This document shows, piece by piece, positions 37,367-48,986 of a DNA stretch of 64,000 nucleotides. Each line of letters begins with the position of its first letter. Position 1 is the first letter of the stretch. Both the position numbers and the translations under genes were made by a program. Under the pieces are notes generated by a model, which was not told the origin of the DNA, made no database searches, and saw only the letters and a program-made list of their open reading frames with translations. The DNA lies in the NCBI GenBank assembly GCA_051362555.1, contig CM120640.1, forward strand, positions 54,166,788-54,230,787, written 5' to 3'. This DNA is from Lingula anatina (lineage: Eukaryota > Animalia > Brachiopoda).

Positions 37367-37632
37367 CTTTCTGGCACCGTTAGATGTCGCTGGTGAATGC
37401 GACTCAAGATAGATCACCATCAACTTTTAAACAGGTGCGTGAAAGTACATGAATATTGGATTAGGTCGTCAAAATTGAGTCAGAGTCACAGTATTGATAA
37501 TTTAAATTTTCTAGCATCATTTTATGTCTAAAACATATGACAAAAAGACACTAAATGCCGTTTGCAATAAGCGTATCTTGCCAAAACTTCTGACACAGCC
37601 CCGAACGAAGAAGGTTCATAATAAACAACATC
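37367..37632. promoter_or_regulatory. Putative bidirectional promoter shared by PIK3C3 and FBXO22
   Basis: Divergent ATGs separated by 266 bp; CpG-richer; TAGATGTCGCTG (CTCF-like) at 37381-37392; TGAGTCA (AP-1-like) at about 37476. Confidence 0.7.
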
Positions 37633-40600
37633 ATGGAAGGAAATCAACGCGTTTCTGGTGCTCTACAACAGTGCGATTTGACAAGTGTTATGAATGAGTG
37701 GACTGAAATAATTGAACACGTGTTACAGTTTCTTCCTGGTGCATCACTTGAAGTTTGTAAACGGTTAGGAAACGTGTTTTCATCCAAATTCTTTATAATC
37801 GTGCGTAGTACTAGTAGTAGAGTCGCTTCTTTCTACCCCAGTAATGAGCTAGATACTTGTAATGTAATGCACAGATAGCCACATATTTGGATATGATGAA
37901 ACCGTTTTAAGTTTTAATCCAGGTCATTAAGACCAAAAATTAAATAAGTTTTAGTGACACCATGCCCGTCATTTTTTTTCAGACTCCACTTTCAAAAATA
38001 GGTCAAAAGTTTACCCATTTGATTTTCACCTCGTAAATAATGTCTAATTAGACCCCATTTCCAGAGATTAGATCGATCTACTTTAGATCGACCTAACTCC
38101 CTGGGAGTTCACGCTAAATAGCTGTCAGCCGAGCGGACACGAAAGTTAAAGGCATAATAACTCTTTGTATGAGACCTATATTTCACAATAAAAACCTTGT
38201 GAATAACTCATAGAAATATAATATATTCTGTTTTACCACAAAAACAGCAGTTATAGCTTTTATTCTGATATTTGAACTTGTCTTTAGACCACGTGACCTC
38301 CATTGATTTCTATACTCTGTTAAAATCTCTTAAGAGATTTTAACAAAAAACCAAACTTTTTAGAAAAAAACCAGGGACTAACTTTGAATGTAAAAATGGA
38401 TTCATTAACCATTGGTAAGTATGGGAAAATTGTTGTTTACTCCAGGAAAATTCATTTTTTGGCCGAAACGAAGAGTTATTATTGCTTTAATTACCCCCTT
38501 ACAGCTTGTAATAGGCGGGACGGACATTTAAGCTGGATTATCTGACAGTAATCTAGTGAGACTTCCCGTGGGGATAGATCGATCTAAAAGCTCTGGGAAT
38601 ACGGCTCTAGAAATTTGAAATTTACCACATAAGATGTAGAGGGGCTAGTCATATACAACAAATTTAAATTTTGATATTAGCGTTTTCCCAAGCAGAGTTA
38701 TTTGTTTGCGAATTAGACAAAGTGATAAAAATTTGGGGCACATATGCCGGCTTGTGCAATATGCATTAACACAGTGTACTGAGTATCTTTCAAAGTGTAT
38801 GTAGTAGAGTTTGACAATTAATCATTTAATTGGCTAAATTGGGAACAAGAAGGGGGGCATGTAGCAAAAAAAAAAAAAAAATACAAAAATATTTGCCAAA
38901 ATTTCCCCAAAAATCTGACATGCTGGTTAAAAACCTGAGTCCTTATTCTTCTATGTGGCTTATATTTCAAGTCTACCCAACAACCAGACTCGGCAGTGAA
39001 TGATCCTGAATTCACCGATAGGTCGTTTTCAAGGTGTGCATCAGTTCACTTTTCATAGTATCATACCCCGGAACAAATTTTGAGATGAGATGTACTACTT
39101 TCCAACCCCGCTCAGAATCATTGCTATCATATGGCATACTAGGCAAGAGTGGTGTCGTGTCTGATACTGCATAGTGAGTACTGACCCACACCTTGAAAAG
39201 GGGTAGTGTGGTCCCATCTACCGGTGAATTCTGGATCATTCGGTGTTGAGTCTGGTAGTTGGGTAGGTCTGTATTTTGTCTTGCCTGACTTAGCTGAATT
39301 AAAAGAATCAGTTAAAAGGTTTGCACTTAAAATTTTCACTTCTGACCTTTCCTATTTCATCAAAACGGTACCCAAGAGGAAGTAAGAACATGTCAGGAAC
39401 CACAGTATAGAAAAGTGTAGATAGTATTTTTAAAACTTTCATACATGATGTAGTATTAATTCAATCAGAGGAAGCCATTGTTTGATGAAATTCACACATA
39501 GGAAGTCAAGTTGTACTGTAAGTACACCTTGTACCGTTTGTAGTGTTACATGTATGGGGCAGCATGTATCATGTACTGGGGTAAAGCCATCAAATTGGTC
39601 ATTTCAATAGCTTTGCCTTTGCATTTGTTATCAATAGTATCCGCAATACTTCTCCAGCCCATTTGTCCTGCCCAAATATATATACATTGCCCAAATAGTT
39701 ACATATCAGACATGTATGTCTCAGATACCCAGTATTTATTGCCACTGTTATTCTACTAATAATTGCCAAATAATTAAAACTTCAAAATTATTTTTAAAAA
39801 ATAGGTATACCAAAGTAATAATTTCAAGTTCAAAGATATGCTGACTTAGAAATTCTTATTTTGATGAATTTTTGTGGGACTTTGCATTTTACAACTTATG
39901 CCAAATCAACAAAACTAGCTGTTTTATTTGGACACCAAGCAATTGTCTCCTCTACCAGCTACAATGTAATAGGTTTTTGCTTGTGCTGGGGTTTTAAAGA
40001 ATTGTTATTGCCAATATCTGTTGAATTTCTTGTCTTAATTAAAAAATTCTAGAAATGTAGACAGGTGTCAGATTTTTTTTTCATTTCTTCTGTTTTCAGG
40101 GTTTGTAGAAACTGGAAAGAAATAGCAGACAGAATTCTTAAGAACCGTATTCCAAAAGTGCAACCCATTTTATATGGCTGGCACAGAGAAGACAAGAGTG
40201 GACCAAGCTCCTTTAAAGCTGTAAAGCTGGAAGGATGTAGGCAGTTTAAGGATGCTACAGGAGAGAGGATACAGGTTATTATAGAAATTTTAATGAATGA
40301 TATTCTATGTTGTTATTGTCTTTTAATCTTTCCATTTTTATGTACAGACACAGATGTGTCTGTACATATTGCCATCACCTGCGTCTGTCGTCGCCGTCGC
40401 CGTCGCCGATCATGTCGCCGTCGCCGTCGCCGTGCACTTTCAGCGTTAACACCATAAGTGGAAGACAGTTTTACTTTTTGGCTTTATATTTACAGAGCTG
40501 ACTAATATTCATAAAACGCAGGTCAAGTTCGAAAATCAGCATGATCGGGCCATTATTGTAGAATTTATCCTGTTTTTTCACTTTTTAGCATATATGCAAC

Positions 40601-43600
40601 ACTGTTAACACATTTCAAGGAAAACCGATAGGCCTGTTGTCATGAAACTCACAGGAGTAATCAATCTTACTAAAACGCAGATCAAGTTCGAAAATCGGCA
40701 TGATCGGGCCACTATTTTAGTAGTTATGCTGTTTTTTTCACTTTTCAGCATATGTGCAACACTGTTAACACATTTTAAGGAAAACCGATAGACCTGTTGT
40801 CATGAAACTCACAGGAGTAATCAATCTTACTAAAACGCAGGTCAAGTTTGAAAATCAGCATAATCGGGCCATTATTTTATAAGTTATGCTGTTTTTTCAC
40901 ATTTCCTCAGATTTATTTCTTAGGCATGTTAACAGTCTCATTATTAAACTAATAAGATGTGTAAAAGCGTTTGTTTGACATTTCCTGCATCTTTACAACA
41001 TTGTTAGTTGATTTAGTAAAAATGATGGTAAACTTGTTATCATGTATTGTATAATAGAGTTTCAAAAATGGAAATAAACTCATATCATTGCAGTTTGTCA
41101 GATTCATTCATTCACTATGTTCAGAAACTCAGAATGGAGGAAATTGGACATTAAACACTGTTCTATTGATATTTTTCCCATCTCATCAATTTTCTTAGTT
41201 GATCATATATAAATGGCAGTAAATTGTTAATTTTGTCATATGTTAAAAAATTGTTAAAAATGGAAAAAAACACATTTCAGGACAGTGCTGTTTTGTCTAC
41301 ATTTTGGCATTTTCAAGGTGTGACTTTAAAGTTCCTTGGGCCTGAAGACCTTTGCTAGGAACATTTTCTGAATATCCATGATACTAATATTTTATTATTA
41401 AAAATTGATGGTAATTATCCTGTTAAACATTATGTAATATTGCATCAAAATTTGAAGACACCCCTATTTCGGACACTGCTCCCATGATGACCATTTAAGG
41501 AAAACCATGTCACTTACTGTTCTCAAACTTACAGGAAGAAACATGGGACTTAAATAAAGCTTCAGTGGGCAATGCAGTCTATTTGGTAAATTTTTTTGGC
41601 AGTTAATCAGTTTTTTTGTGAAAATTTAATTTTTCACATATTGGCATTTTCAAGGTGTGACTTAAGAACCTCCACGAGCTTGAAGACCCATGCTAATCAC
41701 ATTTTCTGAAAATCCATGATACAGATCTTTTATTATTAAAAACTGATGGTCATTATGCTGTTAAGCATTATGTAATAGTGCATTAAAAAAGAAGAAAACA
41801 CAATTTTGGGTGCTGCTGCCATGATGACCATTATGGGAAAACCATGTTACTTATGATTGTCAAACTTTCAAAAAAGAAACAAAGGACTAAAATGCAGCCT
41901 GAGTTGGAAAAGTAGTCTAATTGGCTTCTTTTTCTGGAAGTTATACATTTTAGTGAAATATTCATTTTTATTATGTTGGCATATTCATTGTGGGACTCGA
42001 AGCTCCCATGGATATGAAGCCAAATGGTAATCAAATTTTCTACATGTCCATGCTATTTATAGTCAATAATCAAAAATTGGTGATAATTATTCTGTAATTT
42101 ATTATGTAATGTTACATCAAAATTGACAAAAATCTTTTTGCACTGCTACTACAAACATTATGAAAAGAAAACTGTGTTACTTATTATTATTTTCAAATTA
42201 CAAGTATGATTTGTAGGATTGGCATGCAGTTCAAATAAGAAAGCCAGCTCAAATGGGTTATCATTTATTATTGAATTTAAGCAGTTTTATGTGAAATTTT
42301 CATTTTTCTCATTCTGGCATTTTCAAAGTGTGAACTTAAACTCCCATGGGCCTGAAGCCTTACGCTTGTTACACATTTCACTTACATTGGTATTACCTGT
42401 TGAGCATAATTGAAATTTGATGTTGAATTTGCAGTTAAGCATAATGTACTTTTGCATCAGAATTGACATTAGCCTGTTTTGTGCATTGTTATTGTCTGCT
42501 TTTTGTCTGTACATTTGACAGCTTTGCTGCCTTGTTACTATTGTTTTTATTCATTTTCTTTTTGTTTTTAAATCTAAATGGTGCTATATTGATATGTTTT
42601 TCCTTAAAAAATATTTTCAGAACGTATGTGGCTAAAATACATTATGTGTATATGGGAGTCTATTGTAAGTGTATTATGCTGCTTGAGTTTATCAAGAGTG
42701 AAAATTTTTTGTTTTTGCAGTGGCTTCCTCTGCCACCTAAGGTGACAATAATGTTTGTCAACAATGAAACCTGGGAAAAAGTTAGTATCCCGATGAGCTG
42801 TGAAGCTCCGTCCAATGTAAAGCCTACTAAATCAAACAAGAAAATACGATGGAGCAGTTATAAGCTAACCATTGAGGAATACATCAATAAGAGATTACCT
42901 TCAAACTGCCCAATTCTGGGTGCAGTGGCGGGGGGAGCCATAGGTGAGGAGAAACTGATACTGTGAGAACTCTTACATAGTGGCCATAGTGCAGCTGTGT
43001 GGATGCTTGGATTACTGGGTGATCCCACCACAGCTCAGACTTGAATATTTGGTTAACTAAACGGAGACTGTTTTTAGAACCAATTTTTATTTTTACGTAG
43101 CCAACTAACTGAATACACTAAGTTTAATTTGCTGTTTATTTCAGTTTGTTATATTTCTATCTAAAATGTGGGTCTGAGTTTGTACATTTTTGTTTTCAAC
43201 AAATTAATTATTTTAAAAGTATATTTTCCATAATTTTATACAATGAGTATTTTCACTAAATCTATTTAGATTGACTTGAGTAAGATATCCATAAAATATT
43301 AGTAAGTTTTTGGCATGGTGAACTTGATCTTGTGCTTTGTTTAAGTTTTTTTTTTTCAGTTTCAGTTTTGACTACCCTTTTAGTACAGTATATACAGTAA
43401 ATGTTAATGATTTTGCAATATTCCAGGCACCCCCATGAGTTTGGGACCATCCTTGGAAATAGAAAGTGGTCCTGGTTGTGCTATAGCATTTATACCTGAA
43501 ATTCCTGGGTTGGAAGTGCATCATTTTCTCCTGCCATTTGGTAAAATATTTTAAGTGTTATTAATCATAAATCACTTAATTCAGTGAATAAACATAAGGT

Positions 43601-44553
43601 AGAGTCAAACTTAATAACAATAAACCTTTGCCTTTTTAAAAAAATCAGTGGTAGATGTATATTAACATTATTGTCAATCTGATAATGTGTATTAACAGAT
43701 TTGCCCTTTTTAGTCATTGGTATTCTTAAGTTTTAAATATATTTTTGTTTGTTCTAATATTAGATTATGATTCAGAAAATCTTCCCACAAAAGAAGACTA
43801 TGAAAACATGACAGGAATCTCCAAAGATAAGCACATTAAGGCAATGATACTGCTGCAGGCATCTGAATATGATGTCCCCTTTGATGCTGCACATTGTTTT
43901 TGGAGCCTGAACAGAGACATTGCTATTGCTGGTGGCAAAGTTGACAACATCATTGCCCCTGATTTGGATAAAAAGAGGTATTGAAGAAAATATATATATA
44001 TTATCCTTGGATCTGTCCAGATTTGAGAAACCATTTTAAAGTAGCCCATTGCTTCAAATTGATTGCATCATTTATATTCTGCTTTATTTAGATGTAGTTC
44101 CTTCTTAAATTGCTTTTTTTGTTTTTGTTTTTCAGCGAAGATGAGGCATGTATCTTAGGTATTGCATTTAGCGGAGATAATGTTCAAGCAGCCAGTGTTA
44201 TGGTAGAAAGCCATATCAGAGATCCTAAGGAAGTAGAATGTCAAATAAAGAAACTGAAAGATTGCAACATTTCAGAAGAAAACAGTTTTGCATTCATGTT
44301 TGCTTGCCTCGGCCGAGGATATTATTTTTATCGTAAATCAAATGTGGAGGCTGATATATTCCGAAAGCTTTTTCCTAGAACTCCATTATTTGGCTTCTTT
44401 GGAAATGGAGAAACAGGCTACAACTTTTTGCCAGATTATAGCAAAACAGATCCATATGTGGAAACAAAAAACAACTATACTTTTGGAAGTTTTGATCATG
44501 GTTATACTACCATATTTTGTTTGATATCTGTCAACCCCACTTTGCCTGTCTAG
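37633..44553 (+). CDS. FBXO22: F-box only protein 22-like (F-box plus FIST domains), 6 exons
   Basis: Phase-consistent exons 37633-37763, 40100-40274, 42721-42943, 43427-43540, 43764-43977, 44136-44553. F-box-like EIIEHVLQFLP...KRVCRNW; IAGGKVD; FIST_C signature FMFACLGRG...FRKLFPRTPLFGFFGNGE...HGYTTIF. Confidence 0.88.
38050..38610. mobile_element. Degenerate MITE with GATCGATC sub-terminal motifs in FBXO22 intron 1
   Basis: Imperfect inverted ends around TTCCAGAG..GATCGATC; GATCGACCTAACTCCCTGGG.GTTCACGCTAAAT is the reverse complement of sequence at about 3437-3470. Confidence 0.6.
38150..38486. mobile_element. TTAA-flanked MITE (Kolobok-like) nested inside another MITE
   Basis: TTAA|AGGCATAATAACTCTTTGT ... 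ACGAAGAGTTATTATTGCT|TTAA; absent from the 3258-3500 copy of the host element. Confidence 0.7.
38969..39270. mobile_element. MITE with about 50-bp imperfect TIRs (Academ-like)
   Basis: CTACCCAACAACCAGACTCGGCAGTGAATGATCCTGAATTCACCG vs CGGTGAATTCTGGATCATTCGGTGTTGAGTCTGGTAGTTGGGTAG. The CCAGACTC/GAGTCTGG motif resembles Academ ends as I recall them; termini decayed. Confidence 0.65.
40335..42500 (-). mobile_element. Helentron/HINE-like element, family 2, in FBXO22 intron 2
   Basis: Terminal hairpin TATGTACAGACACA-GA-TGTGTCTGTACATA (40339-40368), (CGTCGC)n micro-repeat, about 160-bp tandem units (CGCAGGTCAAGTTCGAAAATCAGCATGATCGGGCC). Distal boundary approximate. Confidence 0.7.
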
Positions 44554-46072
44554 GCTACTCTACTTTATGTTTATAAATACGAATGTGAAAGATGGTCATC
44601 ATATTTGTTTCACTTTAATATGCAGAGGCTATTGATAGATTGTCCCTATTATTGGGATCATTGAGTTGACTCAGATGAAAAGATGTTGTACTTGTTATAT
44701 CAATCTATTAAATAGTATTTAATTCTGGATAATATTGCAGTCACTGCCAGCATAGTGCTGCCAGCAAATGTTTCCTACATTGATAGGGCAGAGTTTGTCA
44801 GTTTGACAGTGATGGGAGTTAATTTCAAAATAGATGAAATATAGGTTCCAATCATGCACTGATCAGACTCAGAATAGTGATCCATATTTAACAAATGTGC
44901 AAACGCTCTATTTTGTGGGGCAAAACGTATTTAAGTCACATTTTTTGGAGTGCAAGTGAATCAGCCCTTTTTATTGTTGTCTGTGACAACCCTGGGGAAG
45001 TAATATGTAGTTTTAAGCTGCCATATATTACATTTATGTATATAATGGTGTGTTTATATATTATTATGAACAGATTGTATGAGATGTTTTAACTAGTCTG
45101 GGATGAGCTCATGTATGCAGAAAAGTAATGAAAGACATTAATTATACTGATGTAGGTCATGTACAGGCACAGAAAACAAAATCAGCTAAAATTTGCAACA
45201 TTGACTCAATTTTGGTGTTTTTAGAGACTTAGGATTGTGACAAAGAGCAACAAGTTTACAACTAAATAAGAAAGGGACATTGAGGCTTTGATAAACTTGG
45301 ATTGATGTGCATCATCACTTTAAATAGAAATTCCCCTTTTTTGCTGAAAATGTGGTTCACATTTTTCAGAAGATACTTGAATTCACTGAAGATCATAGAA
45401 TTATTTTTGTATTGTTATGTACAAGAGCAAAGTGTATGCAATTTTCTGTAAATCTACATGTACAAAAGTTGGATTTGGATAAGAATCGACTCAGATGAAA
45501 ATGCTGAAATAAATTATAAAATCTTTTGAAATTATGCGTCATAGAAAGCATCTCACAGTAATGTGTTCTAACATAATTTTGGTAGGTGTCCTGTGCCCAT
45601 TACGTTGATACAAAAGTGAGAAATATAAACAGAAAAAATAATCGTGTCGACCAAAGAAATGACAAAAAATCTTGACCTGATTTTTTAAAAAGCGGTTTAT
45701 TACCTGCTTGGTCAGTGTATTACCCGTCGTTTCACAGATTGTATTTCACATTGGCCTCCAACTGTTCGCCTGAATATTTCAAGAGACATTCTCCAGAAGC
45801 AAAAATCGACTTATTGTGAAACATAGCTTCACCTGAGAACACAATTAATTGAGATTCGTGCGATATTGCAAACTATGTTCATCCTGAGGTGCAATTAAGC
45901 GCTTTAAATATGAAGTAATGTACCTGTATTTTTATTTGAAATTAAAATCGTGTCTTACTGCACGTATATATTTACAAGCATAAGAAACGTGCTATTAAAT
46001 TTTCACGTAGTTTGTTTAAGGGGTTGTTTTTGGTCCAGACTCGCACTAAAGAGATACATGTAGTATCAGTAA

Positions 46073-46223
46073 CAGGGCCGTAGCCTCCGGGGGGGGCAGC
46101 TGCCCCCCCTGGGATTTAGAAGTTTCCACACTGGTAGGGGGACACCCCCTCCCCCCTCGGGGGCTTCGCTCCCTCGTGTCCGCTTACTGCCCCCCCTGGC
46201 ATTTTGCTCAGGCTACGGCCCTG
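46073..46223. mobile_element. GC-rich MITE with CAG...CTG termini and 5-bp TSD
   Basis: TIR CAGGGCCGTAGCCT / AGGCTACGGCCCTG; TSD AGTAA on both sides. Confidence 0.85.
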
Positions 46224-46450
46224 AGTAAGATGATATCTATATGTACTTACCCAACCTTTACTGGGAAAGTGCGTGCTCACGACTAAATTAACCCATTTAC
46301 AAACTTTCAGCCAACCATTCATAAGAATGGAAATTGATTATTCGATTGATTTACTTATTTTTCTTCGGTACCAAACCGTGGCATAAATACTTAATAGACG
46401 ACCTTTGGGGCTGTATATACGACTCTCTTACGTACAGTGTACATTTCAAA

Positions 46451-48766
46451 TCATTCTTGTTCCAAAGGAGCGTCATATCTACTGCTTAATCTTGTGTATC
46501 GACCACGGGAACTGGAGCACGGTGTCATTTTACTGACGGTCACCATTGTCATTAGATCATCTGCCACTTTGTCTGCATCCTCGGAATCCTGGTACTGATG
46601 GAGTTGCCGTTCCTGTGTGCGAGGGGGTCTGAACCCTTTCAAACTTTGTGTCGTTTTTGGCGGTCTGGTCCCTGCGTAAGTCTTGAGGTTATATCCCAAA
46701 TCTATGGCAGACGATCCCGTTAGTTCTTTAAAGAGATCTAGCGTCGGAAAGATAAGACTTTCGCTCTCTATTGACCTTGCAAGTTTATCACTTTCTAAGA
46801 ATTTGGAAAGTTTTTCACTTTCAATTGAAGTGGGTAATTTTTCAAAGTGAGGCTCCAATTTGAGTAGTTCATCTTCTTTATGTGGTTCAGAATTCTTCAA
46901 AAAATTGTCATTTTTCTCTTTCGTTGCTGCTGCTACAGCGTCTATTTCTTTATTTTCATCTTCGATTTCAATCTTATGAGAAGGCTGATTGTGTTCCTCG
47001 ACAGTGTTGTCCGTGCGTCCCTCTGTGATAAAACTTGGATCGCCTTGTGGCAGATCCTCATTACTAGTGTAAACCAGCTGTGGCTTTGGCTTTGATGGCT
47101 TATTATTTATGATGGGCATGGTTTGGTTCCGGAATAAATATCCAGTGAGGTATGGTTCCTTTGGTCCTTTTGGGTAGAGAGATTTTTGAAAAGTAATTTG
47201 CTGATATCTTATTTTGCTCTGTTTTTTCTTCATTTTGGGAAGGCGACTGAATCCTTCAGACAACTTCGATTTATATAACAACCCCTGAATCAGAAAAAGA
47301 AATTAAAAGTAAGTACAAATTATATTTAGTCAGTATACTCAAAAGTGAAAATTAGGTTTTCTTTCAACAGCGTTTCACGTATACGTAACCTCCTCCCCTC
47401 TTCCTCAGCCACCCCCACAAATAAAAGCTCGACCAATGCTGGATTAAAAGAAAAAAGCTTAATAAATGCCTGATAATGAAAAAGATCATTAGTTCGAAGT
47501 TTTGATCTTTCTGTCAGCAAAATTTCTAAAGTAATAGGGGCCTATAGCTTTATTCGTTCACTGTACTCTTGTACGGATGAATATGCAGGGGTACTCATCA
47601 TGCGAGTTACAAAGATTTCTAATGCATAACAACTTAATTTTTGTTAAACTAAAGATAAAACAATTTGAGTTTTACTATAGAAGATGTGTTTGTATTGATT
47701 TTTTATTTGTTCTGGTTTGTAATATATACCCGTTTGAAATATACAAAAGCTTAAGTATAATATCAGGTTAAAGCTTACCGATGCCCTATAAAAACTCTTG
47801 TTTTCAAATATTTAAACATTATAATCCAAAAGAGAAGCCAAAAGGAAATATCGATTACGATATCTAATCCCTCAAATGGGAATTAGACGCCAAAAAATAA
47901 AAAGACAGAAAATTCCACCTTTTCCTCCTTTTCAATATTTGGTAGCTGGCTATGTTTGTTCTGTAGCTTAATGTGCAGGGGAATGCTGGGTTTCAGTTTA
48001 GGTAAATACAGTGGATCTCCTCCGTTGATACCATGTGGTTCATAGATCTTCCACGTAAAAAGCTTCGTCTTGTGGTGCTATTAGAAATGAAAGGAATTTA
48101 GGTATTAATAGTTTCTTTTGTGTTAATAATTAAAGAGAAAACTGAACAATGTCGAAAAATAAATTTAATTTTTGAACCCTCTGTCCACTGATGGTTCAGA
48201 GGGTTGAATAGCAGACATTTTAACTAGGTATTTTCTGTTTTGCTGAGCATGAGCCCATATCGGCATATCGGTAGTAGTTCAGTTGTATACGAAAGTCTTT
48301 CGTGTCATTAAAATTTTCATAAAATAAATGCCATTTTCACAAATAAAGTGTTGATATTGAACGCAGTTCTAAAAAAGATCTGAAAGACATTAGGCTTTTA
48401 GGTATATTAAAAATAAAGTTGACCAAAGAGCTGCATTGATTATTTTGCATAGCTCACAGAGTTTGTAAAAGTAGTTTAAATTCGAAGATTGAAAGTAAAA
48501 ATACTGATGATTCATCGAAAAAATTTCATTAAAACGAACGTTGCTATATAACAAACATATGCATCTGGAATATAAATATAATATCAATCAAGTCCTTATA
48601 TTTATATGCATCTGGAATATAAATATAACGACTCGATTGAATCCTAGAAACATACCGCCACTTTCCTGGGGTTTCCTATCATCGTGCCGTCCTGTACTGT
48701 CACCTGCGGTAGGACCAGAGACACCCGCATTGTAGATTTGTTCACGTCCGAATACAAGTTCCTCAT
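46451..48766 (-). CDS. Uncharacterised protein, about 367 aa, probably 3 coding exons
   Basis: Phase-0 joins: 48656-48766 (MRNLYSD...RKVA, donor GTATGT), 47919-48077 (HHKTKLFTW...EKEEK, acceptor ctaatag), 46451-47284 (acceptor ttcag, 276-aa open frame to TGA). No family recognised. Confidence 0.6.
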
Positions 48767-48867
48767 ATTGCATTAAAAACACACTTTTCTGCTTCTACAT
48801 GTTTGAAATCGTCCGTTTAAACCTTTTGAAGAGATACAAAATGAACAGCTTTTCCGCACAATTTCAG

Positions 48868-48986
48868 GTTGCTATGGAAAAATCTATACCGATGTGTTCC
48901 CAAGGGGGAACGCTGGCGGAAAGCTTAAGCCTGCTCCATGTTAATGGTTTCCGTCTTCAATGGCAACAAGTTTACCTAGCGGTTAC
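48868..48986. promoter_or_regulatory. Cluster of RFX X-box-like motifs upstream of the uncharacterised gene
   Basis: GTTGCTATGGAAA (48868-48880), GTCTTCAATGGCAAC (48953-48967), GTTTACCTAGCGGTTAC (48970-48986); CRE-like TACGTCA at about 49094. Confidence 0.45.

Noticed and set aside
47778-47784. 7-nt microexon candidate (tatag GGCATCG gtaagc) in the orphan gene
   Set aside because: Would shift the frame between two exons that already join in phase 0.
48588-48782. ORF-track frame MQYEELVFG... as first exon of the orphan gene
   Set aside because: Spliced to the next exon it stops after about 12 codons; the overlapping MRNLYSD frame stays open.
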